Shown: piece after piece, positions 20,005 through 29,103 of the stretch
Numbering within the stretch: position 1 is the stretch's first letter
Layout: the number at the start of each line of letters is the position of its first letter
NCBI GenBank assembly: GCA_964533715.1
Contig: CAZHNI010000001.1
Span: 5,514 to 69,513 of the forward strand
Source of the DNA: an uncultured Gammaproteobacteria bacterium
GTDB taxonomy: Bacteria; Patescibacteriota; Patescibacteriia; Magasanikbacterales; GWA2-37-8
Direction of reading: 5' to 3'
DNA: 64,000 nucleotides
Notes under the pieces: model-generated
Told to the model about the DNA's origin: nothing
Seen by the model: only the letters and a program-made list of their open reading frames with translations
Database searches by the model: none
Position numbers and translations under genes: made by a program

Positions 20005-21513
20005 ATGTTGCATCGCTGGTTCGTCACGATCGTGGCGTTCGCCTTGGCCCTGGGCCTCGGCAGCGCCGTCAACATCAACGTCAACAGCAACCGCCCCGTC
20101 CTCGGCGCCATCGTCGGCGTACTGGGTGAGGGGGTGGCGGCCGCGCAGGTGCCGACCAACTACCGGTTCTTCAACGGCACCGGCGTGAACGGCCAGCTCG
20201 GCCAGCCCTACACGCAGGGCGCTCAGTCGGCGCTCAAGGTGCGGATCGAGAAGGTGTGGCCCACCATCGCCAAGCGGCACCAGAATGCCCTGGAGTATTA
20301 TGGGGTAATGGCCAACACCAACTGGTTCAGGAACAACTCCGGTCCGCAAGGGGAGTACTGGTTCGTGGCGGGGATCTTCCGCCAGCTCACCAAGATCCCG
20401 CTGGACGACCGAAACAAGACAAACGAGGCACTGGTGGGAAAGATCTCATCGGATCCTGACTATGTCGACTCGCTGATGATCATGAACAAGACCGGCGCGC
20501 TCATCAGCGGTGGGTACGTGGGCGAGGTGCACGTCTATTTCGGCGATGTGAAGGGTGGGTGCACGCCGAACGCCCTGGCCTACTACTTCTCTCCCCCTGA
20601 CATTTCGGGGATGAAGGTAGTCGGAGTTGTGCTCTGCGGAGACGACGGCGTCCGGGTGGCCAACTTGCCAACCGACTTCGGTGGTTTCGATACTACCCTG
20701 GAAAGCATCTTCGTCCACGAGTTCGCGCATGCCGTCGACGACGTACACAAGGCAACCACAGGCAATGAGCTGAACATCTCGGATATCATGGAGATGGATC
20801 GGTCCTGCATCCGGGTCTACGGGTTGAAGGGGATCTTGGCGTTGGTGGGGAACTCGGCCTACGATCCGCTCACGTATCTCGATCTGCGAACCATCGCGGA
20901 TTGGTACCCGATCTGGGTGTCGGTGATCAACTACAATTACGATGCTTCGAAGCAGATACTGGTCGGGATGAACGTGGCGGGCGGGTCGTGCGGAGGTGTG
21001 CAAGACGATGTCGGGACGTGCAAGAACGGGCAGACCCCCGTTGCCGCTTGCGGCGGCCTCCCCATCGGCGACGCCGGCACCCCTACCGACGGGGGCATAG
21101 CACCCCTCGACCTCGGCGGCAGCTTCAGAACCCCTTGCACCTCCGACTCGCAGTGCGCCAGCAAGGTGTGCCAAGACGGCCTTTGCCGCAGCCCGTACTG
21201 CGGCAACGGAGTTTTGAACCGCGTGGGTGTCGGAGGAGGCTCCGGTGAGTCCGACATTGACTGCGGAGGGGAGGAATGCGGCAGGTGCGCCGATGGCAAG
21301 AAGTGCTTCGCGGCCACCGACTGCAAGTCCGGCGTGTGCACCGGCGGCAAGTGCGCGGGGGGCGGTGATGTCCAGGGCGGCTGCGATGTCGGCACCGGAC
21401 GCGGTGACCGCAACTGGGGCGCCATTGTGCTCCTGCTCGCTGTGCTCCTCATCTTTTCGTCGGCCATCGCCGCTTGGCGGCAGTTCGAACGGAAGCAAGG
21501 GCGTCGCACCTAG
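20005..21513 (+). CDS. GC-rich secreted HEXXH metallopeptidase-like protein with Cys-rich repeats and MYXO-CTERM-like anchor
   Basis: GGAGGAGG RBS before ATG 20005; signal peptide; FVHEFAH; ESDIDCGGEECGRCADGKKC..DCKSGVCTGGKC; GGCDVG plus TM plus basic tail. Confidence 0.75.
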   Translation: MLHRWFVTIVAFALALGLGSAVNINVNSNRPVLGAIVGVLGEGVAAAQVPTNYRFFNGTGVNGQLGQPYTQGAQSALKVRIEKVWPTIAKRHQNALEYYGVMANTNWFRNNSGPQGEYWFVAGIFRQLTKIPLDDRNKTNEALVGKISSDPDYVDSLMIMNKTGALISGGYVGEVHVYFGDVKGGCTPNALAYYFSPPDISGMKVVGVVLCGDDGVRVANLPTDFGGFDTTLESIFVHEFAHAVDDVHKATTGNELNISDIMEMDRSCIRVYGLKGILALVGNSAYDPLTYLDLRTIADWYPIWVSVINYNYDASKQILVGMNVAGGSCGGVQDDVGTCKNGQTPVAACGGLPIGDAGTPTDGGIAPLDLGGSFRTPCTSDSQCASKVCQDGLCRSPYCGNGVLNRVGVGGGSGESDIDCGGEECGRCADGKKCFAATDCKSGVCTGGKCAGGGDVQGGCDVGTGRGDRNWGAIVLLLAVLLIFSSAIAAWRQFERKQGRRT

Positions 21514-21660
21514 TGCCCCCCACGTGAAGTAAAATCATCCGCACCCCGGCCAACCCGGCCGCGTGCGCGGACGAGGTTGGGTTGGCCGGGTAGGCGAGTA
21601 AAATAAAACTAAGAAAAAATGGAGGGGGAGACCGATCGACTCCTCAAATCGATCATCTAC

Positions 21661-21698
21661 AAAAACAACCTTCTAAATTGAAGGCTGTTTTTGTTTTT
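21661..21698 (+). terminator. Intrinsic terminator after the GC-rich gene
   Basis: AAAAACAACCTTC-TAAATT-GAAGGCTGTTTTT plus T tail. Confidence 0.65.
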
Positions 21699-21857
21699 AA
21701 GCATGCTCGCTGTGGATAAGTGGTATAGAAGAGGATTTTTAAGCATGTTACTGTAACATACATGATTATGGTTTTACTTTAATTTATTATCGCGTCTTGT
21801 ATCCACGCGGTCTAATGGTCGATCCGTGATTTAGTAAGACGTTTTAATTATGTATAT

Positions 21858-22871
21858 ATGAGTCAAAAAATAATGGCAGAGTATATTTGGATGGACGGCC
21901 AGTCCACCGCAAAGTTGCGTTCCAAAACCAAAATTGTTGATGGGCCCATTTTGAAAATAAGCGATTTACCAGATTGGGGGTTTGATGGCTCAAGCACGTA
22001 CCAGGCAGAAGGACATTTTAGCGATTGTCAATTAAAACCAGTCAAGTATATACCCGATCCAATTAGAGGTGGTAATAATGTTTTGGTAATGTGTGAGGTT
22101 TTAAATGCAGACGGTTCTACTCATGTTAGTAATACCCGGGCACACTTACGTGAGGTATCAGAAAAATATAGATTTGAGGAAGCGTGGTTTGGTATTGAGC
22201 AAGAATATACCTTTTTTAAAGGTGCCAAGCCGCTCGGTTGGCCAGATAATGGTTTTCCGGCGCCGCAAGGCGGCTATTATTGTGGCGTTGGTTCGGATGA
22301 GGTGTTTGGCAGGCCAATTGTGGAAAAACACATGCAAATGTGTTTGAGTGCGGGGCTATCAATCTGTGGAATTAATTCGGAAGTGATGCCAGCGCAATGG
22401 GAGTGGCAAGTTGGGCCTTTAGGCCCACTCGAAGTGGCCGACGAACTGTGGTTGTCTCGCTGGCTTCTATACCGAGTAGCCGAGGATTTTGATGTTTCAG
22501 CCACCTTGTATCCTAAGCCGGTAAAGGGAGACTGGAACGGGGCTGGTGCACATACCAATTTTAGTACCAAAGCCATGCGCGCTCCAGGCGGCCTCGAGGT
22601 AGTTAAGGCAGCTTGCGAAAAATTAAAGATGAAGCACAAGGAGCATATTGCAGTTTATGGGGAACACAACGAAGAGCGTTTAACTGGCAAACACGAAACC
22701 TCAAGCATTAACGATTTTCGCTATGGAGTAAGTGACCGCGGTGCATCTATCCGAATTCCTATGGCCACTGCTAATAATGGGATGGGTTATTTAGAAGATC
22801 GTCGTCCAGCCGCTAATATGGATCCTTACAAGGTGTGTGCTCGATTGTTGGAAACGGTGTGTGGGAGTTAG
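21858..22871 (+). CDS. glnII: Glutamine synthetase type II
   Basis: AEYIWMDG, WGFDGSST, WFGIEQEY, GDWNGAGAHTNFST, RLTGKHET, EDRRPAAN; 337 aa. Confidence 0.93.
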   Translation: MSQKIMAEYIWMDGQSTAKLRSKTKIVDGPILKISDLPDWGFDGSSTYQAEGHFSDCQLKPVKYIPDPIRGGNNVLVMCEVLNADGSTHVSNTRAHLREVSEKYRFEEAWFGIEQEYTFFKGAKPLGWPDNGFPAPQGGYYCGVGSDEVFGRPIVEKHMQMCLSAGLSICGINSEVMPAQWEWQVGPLGPLEVADELWLSRWLLYRVAEDFDVSATLYPKPVKGDWNGAGAHTNFSTKAMRAPGGLEVVKAACEKLKMKHKEHIAVYGEHNEERLTGKHETSSINDFRYGVSDRGASIRIPMATANNGMGYLEDRRPAANMDPYKVCARLLETVCGS

Positions 22872-22886
22872 TAAAAAATTATTTCC

Positions 22887-22912
22887 AAAGCCAGCTGAAA
22901 GGTTGGCCTTTT
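22887..22912 (+). terminator. Intrinsic terminator after glnII
   Basis: GCCAGCT-GAAA-GGTTGGC plus T run. Confidence 0.7.
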
Positions 22913-23083
22913 GTTTGTTATTAAGGCAGTGTAATTATCTGTTATTCATTTTTCATCACATCTGTGTATGATTCTAAAGAACAGACACGGGTGCCCCCCT
23001 TGTTTTATCTCCCTGGTCAAGAATGATACTTTTTTTCATTTTTAGTGTATACTATATTAGTTATTAATTTAAATGTACTTTGT

Positions 23084-23629
23084 ATGAACAAATTATTTAT
23101 TGCGTTTTCTGGTATGGGGTTATGCCTTGTTTTGTTGGGGGCGGGTTGTAGTAAGGCTTCACCAACAACAAATACACCCCCGCTAACAAGTGAGAGTGTC
23201 TCGCAGCCGCTGCAATCGCCACAAACTGTTACGGTGCCGTATCCTACTGAGGCCCCAAGTACCCAAAGTACCCAAACTGGTGGTTCAGGTGGAACTGGCG
23301 GCTCAGGGACGGCAACAAAACCAGCCTCTAGCCCTTCACCTGTTGTGGCCGCGATGACTTATACCCAAGCGCTTAATGTATACAAAAAAACCGGTGCCTA
23401 TATTCAGTTCGCTCGTTGCCATGGTAACCCCGGCTATATTTCAATGAAGAAGGGCACAAAATTTATGTTGGATAATCGCGATAAGGCCACCCACACAATT
23501 GGCGTTGGTAAAATTGCCAGTTACAAAGTTGGTGGGTATGGCTTTGCGGTTGTTTCCGCTCCCGGAGCTGGACAATATTACCTCACCTGTGATGGTGGTG
23601 GAGCCGCGCTTCTTAATGTTGAGAGTTAA
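23084..23629 (+). CDS. Lipoprotein with Pro/Thr/Ser linker and small beta (cupredoxin-like?) domain
   Basis: LLGAGC lipobox; low-complexity linker; C-terminal Cys pair. Confidence 0.65.
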   Translation: MNKLFIAFSGMGLCLVLLGAGCSKASPTTNTPPLTSESVSQPLQSPQTVTVPYPTEAPSTQSTQTGGSGGTGGSGTATKPASSPSPVVAAMTYTQALNVYKKTGAYIQFARCHGNPGYISMKKGTKFMLDNRDKATHTIGVGKIASYKVGGYGFAVVSAPGAGQYYLTCDGGGAALLNVES

Positions 23630-23680
23630 AATATATTTGTTTAACTAGAAAATAGTAGAATTTCACTTATTGCTTTAGTT

Positions 23681-24181
23681 ATGCTTTCTAATTTTATTAT
23701 TTTTGGGGCGCAATACCTCGTTTTTGTTATTGCCTTGGTGGCCACAGTATATTTTTTGTTACAACCTCGTACTCAACAAAAAGAATTAGTTATTTTTGCG
23801 CTTATTACCTTGCCGCTTACTTATTTATTAGCTCGTATTGCCGGGTGGCTTTATTACAATCCGCGTCCGTTTGTAGTGGGGCATTTTGTCCCTATTATTC
23901 CGCACAAAGATGTTAATGGTTTCCCGTCCGACCATACGTTGGCGAGCGCGGCAATGGCGGTGGTAATTTTTAAATTTAACAAAAAGTTGGGCGTTGTATT
24001 GGGCGTGTTAGCGTTAGTCGTTGGTATTTCTCGGGTGGCGGCGGGCGTTCATCATGTTATTGATATAGTGGCCAGCGTTTGTATCGCGGCGGTGGTTGGT
24101 TGGTTAGTGAATAAATATATTTATTCTAAAATTTTTCATAATTCTCCCCATCAAAAATTATTTTATGAGCCAAAAAATTAA
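23681..24181 (+). CDS. PAP2 family undecaprenyl-diphosphatase (BcrC-like)
   Basis: [19 protein letters not shown]. Confidence 0.88.
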   Translation: MLSNFIIFGAQYLVFVIALVATVYFLLQPRTQQKELVIFALITLPLTYLLARIAGWLYYNPRPFVVGHFVPIIPHKDVNGFPSDHTLASAAMAVVIFKFNKKLGVVLGVLALVVGISRVAAGVHHVIDIVASVCIAAVVGWLVNKYIYSKIFHNSPHQKLFYEPKN

Positions 24182-25631
24182 AGCTCGGAGTGAAGATTAT
24201 TCCGAATGGTACAACAATATTGTGGAGCAAGCCGATTTAGCCGAACATTCGGCTGTAAAAGGGTGCATGGTAATAAAACCGCACGGCTATGCCATTTGGG
24301 AAAAAATGCAACGCGCGCTCGACGATATGTTTAAAAAAACTGGTCACGTCAACGCTTATTTTCCGCTTTTTATACCCAAATCTTTTTTTAGCAAAGAAGC
24401 CAGCCATGTGGATGGTTTTGCCAAAGAGTGTGCTGTTGTTACCCACTACCGCCTTAAAACTGCCAAAGACGGCAGTATTGTAGTAGATGAAAACGCAAAA
24501 TTGGAAGAGGAATTAATTGTCCGTCCGACATCGGAAACAATTATTTGGAATACCTACAAAAATTGGATACATTCTTATAGGGATTTACCGCTTCTTATTA
24601 ACCAATGGGCAAATGTAGTAAGGTGGGAGATGCGCACAAGACTTTTTTTGCGTACGACCGAATTTTTGTGGCAAGAGGGGCACACCGCGCACGCAACGGC
24701 CGAAGAAGCAATTGAGGAAACTAAAAAAATGCTTGATGTATATGCTGATTTTGTTGAAAACTGGATGGCTATACCTGTTATAAAGGGAATAAAAACCGAA
24801 AATGAACGTTTTGCCGGCGCCATAGAAACATATTGTATTGAGGCGATGATGCAAGATGGCAAGGCTCTGCAATCCGGGACCTCTCACTTTTTAGGACAAA
24901 ATTTTGCCAAGGCATTTGACGTAAAATTTGCAGACAAAGAAGGCAAACTGGATTACGTGTGGGCCACCTCTTGGGGTGTTTCTACCCGTCTCATGGGCGC
25001 CCTTATAATGGCCCATTCCGATGACCAGGGGTTAGTTTTGCCACCACGCTTGGCGCCAATTCAGGTCGCAATTGTGCCTATTTATAAAGAAATTGAGGAA
25101 TTGGCAGATATCTCTGTGGTTGCTAACAAAATAAAAACCGAACTTGGAACCAAAGGTATTACTGTTAAATATGATGATGACGACAGTAAACGTCCGGGTT
25201 GGAAATTTAATGAGTATGAATTAAAAGGCGTGCCAATACGTTTAGCTATAGGGGCGCGCGACCTTGCTAACGGCACAATTGAATTGGTTCGTCGTGATAC
25301 CAGGCAAAAACAGGTGGTAGAAATTTCCAAAATTGCAGAAACCGTTGAAGAAACGCTTGGACTTATTCAGACTTATTTGTTTGAAAAAGCGGCAACGTTT
25401 TTGCAAGAGCATACTTATACTGTTGATGATTTTGCTGAATTTAAAGAAAAAATAGATAAAGGGTTTGTGTTGGCACATTGGGATGGGACCACCGAAACAG
25501 AATTAAAAATTAAAGAAGAAACAAAAGCTACCATTCGTTGCATTCCACTAAATTCCAAAGAAGAAAAAGGAAAGTGTATTTATACAGGCAAACCGTCTAA
25601 ACAGCGTGTCATTTTTGCCAAGGCGTATTGA
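24165..25631 (+). CDS. proS: Proline--tRNA ligase (archaeal/eukaryotic-like type)
   Basis: [30 protein letters not shown]-terminal FAKAY. Confidence 0.96.
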   Translation: MSQKIKARSEDYSEWYNNIVEQADLAEHSAVKGCMVIKPHGYAIWEKMQRALDDMFKKTGHVNAYFPLFIPKSFFSKEASHVDGFAKECAVVTHYRLKTAKDGSIVVDENAKLEEELIVRPTSETIIWNTYKNWIHSYRDLPLLINQWANVVRWEMRTRLFLRTTEFLWQEGHTAHATAEEAIEETKKMLDVYADFVENWMAIPVIKGIKTENERFAGAIETYCIEAMMQDGKALQSGTSHFLGQNFAKAFDVKFADKEGKLDYVWATSWGVSTRLMGALIMAHSDDQGLVLPPRLAPIQVAIVPIYKEIEELADISVVANKIKTELGTKGITVKYDDDDSKRPGWKFNEYELKGVPIRLAIGARDLANGTIELVRRDTRQKQVVEISKIAETVEETLGLIQTYLFEKAATFLQEHTYTVDDFAEFKEKIDKGFVLAHWDGTTETELKIKEETKATIRCIPLNSKEEKGKCIYTGKPSKQRVIFAKAY

Positions 25632-25646
25632 TCAAACAAGATACAC

Positions 25647-26510
25647 ATGTATACGTCCGTAACAATTAAACAGTTGCACCACGCACTCCAAGCGCTTGAC
25701 CCATCAGCGCTTGTTTTGTTAGGGGGCAGTTATTTATATGACGAAGCGGTAGAGGAAAGTGATGTTGATTTTTATTTTATAATACCTTCATGGAAGATAT
25801 TTTTTTTAAAGAAATTTAAAAAAATAATTCAGAATTTAAAACAGCGTTTTTCTGGCGTGAATTTTAGTGTTATGATTGTGCCACAATGGCTTCGACGGCA
25901 TGGATACTATATTTATGGAAAAGATGTCAGCGGTAAAATTCATACATGGGAACTCCCAATTTCAATATTAATAAGGAATTGTCTTAAGCTGGCCTATTTT
26001 AATTATTTACGGTCAATGGTGGAACCAAAAAATAAAGAGAGAAATGTTCAGAAAGTAAAAAAGCAACTTGCGGTAGCAGAACTTGCCGCGCAAGGTAAGG
26101 TAGATTTTAAAGAACCAATTTTTTCGTGGAAATATATCAAACGACATTTGGTCTCGTCTGTCATTTCGACCGTAGCGACCAAAGGGAGCGAAGTGGAGAA
26201 ATCGCTTGACTGCAGTGACTCACAGATCAAGGGATTCCTCGACTGCGGCTTCGCCTTCGCTCGGAATGACAACGCGAATGACGGTCTACGGCAAGTGCAT
26301 GGACAATTCCTCCCATATTTTAATTTTTCCTTGTCAAATTATTTGCTTTACAATATTCGTTTTTTGCTCAAAGGCAACCCCTTGTTTCTATTTAGTAATC
26401 CTGATAAAATGGTGTTAGAAAAAATGGTTATTGGAATTGAGCACGAAGAAAAACTCCCAGAATTGTATAAAGAAATAAAAAGAATTGTTTTTCCTGTTAT
26501 TATTTTTTAA
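25647..26510 (+). CDS. Nucleotidyltransferase-domain protein with in-frame palindromic insert
   Basis: LGGSYLY..ESDVDF (GS-x-DxD) motif; insert VISTVATKGSEVEKS..FARND. Confidence 0.6.
   Translation: MYTSVTIKQLHHALQALDPSALVLLGGSYLYDEAVEESDVDFYFIIPSWKIFFLKKFKKIIQNLKQRFSGVNFSVMIVPQWLRRHGYYIYGKDVSGKIHTWELPISILIRNCLKLAYFNYLRSMVEPKNKERNVQKVKKQLAVAELAAQGKVDFKEPIFSWKYIKRHLVSSVISTVATKGSEVEKSLDCSDSQIKGFLDCGFAFARNDNANDGLRQVHGQFLPYFNFSLSNYLLYNIRFLLKGNPLFLFSNPDKMVLEKMVIGIEHEEKLPELYKEIKRIVFPVIIF
26159..26271. repeat. TGTCAT...ATGACA palindromic element, in frame
   Basis: TGTCATTTCGAC...CTCGGAATGACA, 113 bp. Confidence 0.9.
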
Positions 26511-26556
26511 GGCCGCGCCTCAAAGGACGTTGCGCGGCATGATTTCGTCAAATCAT

Positions 26557-27144
26557 ATGTCCAAAGAAATAGTTTTTGACATTGAAACACAAAACACCTT
26601 CGCCGATGTTAATAATGACTTTAAGAAACTTAAAATTTCTTGTGTTTCCATTTATCAATATGAAACAGATTCTTATAGCAGTTTTGAGGAGCATGAATTA
26701 AAAAATTTATGGCCGATTTTAGAAAAAGCTGATCGGCTTATTGGGTTTAATAGCGGGCATTTTGATTTGCCGGTTATGAATAACTATTATTTGGGAGATT
26801 TATTAGCGTTTCCACATTTAGATATCATGGATAGTGTTAAGGCGGCGCTCGGGTTTCGTCTTAAGTTGGATGATATTGCCAAAGCTACCCTTGATAATAT
26901 AGAAAAAAGTGCGGAAGGTCTGCAAGCTATACGTTGGTGGAAAGAAGGTAAAATTGATGAAATAAAAAAATATTGTGAGCAGGATGTGCGGGTTACCAAA
27001 GAAGTGTATGATTTTGGGAGAAAAAATAGGCAGCTATTTTATAAGTCTTTAACCGGTGAGGTATTACCCTTTAGAGTAGATTTTGCGTTATTGAAGACCC
27101 AGGCGGACAAAGGAAAAAATATTAATTTGACGTTGCCATTTTAA
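26557..27144 (+). CDS. RNase H-like (YprB/DEDD) exonuclease domain protein
   Basis: VFDIETQ, IGFNSGHFD, YCEQDV. Confidence 0.85.
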   Translation: MSKEIVFDIETQNTFADVNNDFKKLKISCVSIYQYETDSYSSFEEHELKNLWPILEKADRLIGFNSGHFDLPVMNNYYLGDLLAFPHLDIMDSVKAALGFRLKLDDIAKATLDNIEKSAEGLQAIRWWKEGKIDEIKKYCEQDVRVTKEVYDFGRKNRQLFYKSLTGEVLPFRVDFALLKTQADKGKNINLTLPF

Positions 27145-27150
27145 ATCAGT

Positions 27151-28326
27151 ATGGCTCAGCCTAAAAAAATTATATATCTCGATCACGCTGCAGCGACACC
27201 AATTGATCCACGCGTCAGAAAAGCCATGGAGCCATTTTTGAATTCAGAATTTGCCAATCCGTCTGCTTTGTATACGGCGGCGTTGGTAGCTCGAAAAGCT
27301 ATTGAGTTAAGCAGAAAGAAAGTGGCGAACGTACTTCATACGCAACCTGATTGTGTAGTTTTTACAAATGGGGGAACAGAATCTAACAATTTGGCTCTTT
27401 TGGGAACAGCCCGGGCACACGAAAAACAGGGAAAACATATTATTATTTCCGCGGTAGAGCATAGTGCCATGTTGGAACCAGCCAAAGCCTTAGAAAAAAA
27501 AGGCTGGAAAATTTCGGTGATTCCGGTAGATAAAAATGGTGTCGTAAATGTGAATGCGGTAGTTGGCGCAATAAGACCAGATACCGTGTTCGTGAGTATT
27601 ATATATGCCAATAATGAAATTGGCTCAATTCAGCCAATAAGTGAAATTGGTCGTGCTATTGTGCGATATCGAAAAGAGCATAAAACAAATTTCCCTTATT
27701 TTCATACCGACGCTGCTCAAGCGGCTGGATTTCTTGTTCTTGATGTAGAAAAATTACATGTGGATTTTATGTCTTTTAATGGTGGAAAAATGTATGGGCC
27801 ACGGGGGAGTGGTGTATTGTATCTCCGACGTGGAATTACCGTAGAACCACTTATGTATGGCGGATCACAAGAGCACGCTCTTCGCCCAGGAACGGAAAAT
27901 ACGGCGGCGATAGTTGGTTTTGCCACCGCTCTCCAAATTGCACAGAAAAATATGGGTAAAGAGTCGGAGAAATTGCAGGAGCTATCGAGTTTGTTGTGGA
28001 ATAAGCTAAAAAATAAAGCGCCAGGCCTACAACTGAATGGCCCGGAAATTGGGCCAAATCGTTTATCAAATAATCTTAATATATTTTTTCCCGGTGTTGA
28101 TGGTGAAACTTTTGTAATTTATCTTAGTGAAGAGGGTGTGTATGTTTCTACTGGTTCATCGTGTAATTATGAAACCGCCTCGTTGTCGCCTGTGCTCAAG
28201 GCGATTGGTCTACCAGACGCAACCATAAATGGTTCTGTTAGATTCAGTTTGGGGCGAAGCACAACCAAAAAAGATATTAATTTTGTTGTTACGACAATTA
28301 TAAACAGCATTAAAATATTGACGTAA
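27151..28326 (+). CDS. iscS: Cysteine desulfurase (IscS/NifS)
   Basis: YLDHAAATP, HTDAAQ, GKMYGPRG, RPGTEN, STGSSC. Confidence 0.9.
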   Translation: MAQPKKIIYLDHAAATPIDPRVRKAMEPFLNSEFANPSALYTAALVARKAIELSRKKVANVLHTQPDCVVFTNGGTESNNLALLGTARAHEKQGKHIIISAVEHSAMLEPAKALEKKGWKISVIPVDKNGVVNVNAVVGAIRPDTVFVSIIYANNEIGSIQPISEIGRAIVRYRKEHKTNFPYFHTDAAQAAGFLVLDVEKLHVDFMSFNGGKMYGPRGSGVLYLRRGITVEPLMYGGSQEHALRPGTENTAAIVGFATALQIAQKNMGKESEKLQELSSLLWNKLKNKAPGLQLNGPEIGPNRLSNNLNIFFPGVDGETFVIYLSEEGVYVSTGSSCNYETASLSPVLKAIGLPDATINGSVRFSLGRSTTKKDINFVVTTIINSIKILT

Positions 28327-28379
28327 TTGATTTTTGCTTTTTTCTTATTTTTTTGTTAGTATGAAGCCATACCATTTGT

Positions 28380-29045
28380 ATGGCTTTTTTGTATATTGTT
28401 GCTACACCAATTGGCAATTTTGATGATATTACCCTTCGCGCTCTTGAAACGCTCAAAAGCGTTGATGTTGTGTTATGCGAAGATACCCGGGTAACTAAAA
28501 ATTTGCTTGACCACTATAAAATACACAAGCCGACGCTCAGCTATCACCATCATAGTGATGCCAGGAAAGTTAATGAGATTATTAGTTTATTGGAAAGTGG
28601 TAAAAATTTAGCTTTAGTGACCGACGCCGGCACACCAGGGATTTCTGACCCTGGGAATGAGCTTGTTTCACAAATAACAAATAACAAAGAACAAATAACA
28701 ATTGTTCCTATACCAGGCCCATCAGCAGTAGTTGCCGCTCTCAGTATTTCCGGCTTTCCTACCGACAAATTTTTATTTTTAGGATTTCCTCCCCATAAAA
28801 ATAAACGGCAAAAATTTTTTAAAGAAGTTGCCGCGGCCGAGCACACGGTGGTGTTTTACGAATCCGGTCATCGTATTATAAAATGTTTGGGGGAATTAAA
28901 AGAAGTGCTGGATATAAAAAGACAGATAGTTGTCTGTCGTGAACTCACCAAAAAGTTTGAGACGATTTATCGTGGGACAGTTGAAGAAATCTCTAAGCAA
29001 AATATAGATGAAAGAGGGGAGTTTGTGGTGGTTATAAATGCTTAA
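28380..29045 (+). CDS. rsmI: 16S rRNA C1402 2'-O-methyltransferase
   Basis: VATPIGN, CEDTRVT, DAGTPGISDPG, RELTKKFE. Confidence 0.95.
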   Translation: MAFLYIVATPIGNFDDITLRALETLKSVDVVLCEDTRVTKNLLDHYKIHKPTLSYHHHSDARKVNEIISLLESGKNLALVTDAGTPGISDPGNELVSQITNNKEQITIVPIPGPSAVVAALSISGFPTDKFLFLGFPPHKNKRQKFFKEVAAAEHTVVFYESGHRIIKCLGELKEVLDIKRQIVVCRELTKKFETIYRGTVEEISKQNIDERGEFVVVINA

Positions 29046-29103
29046 ATTGCTGTATCGTTAAATTGTTTCTTTAGTTATCCAACAATTTAGCCATTTAATA
29101 ATT

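Noticed and set aside
19761-21532. Long antisense and alternate-frame ORFs (e.g. 20446..21498 -)
   Set aside because: Expected shadows of a GC-rich gene; only the + frame has an RBS, signal peptide and motifs.
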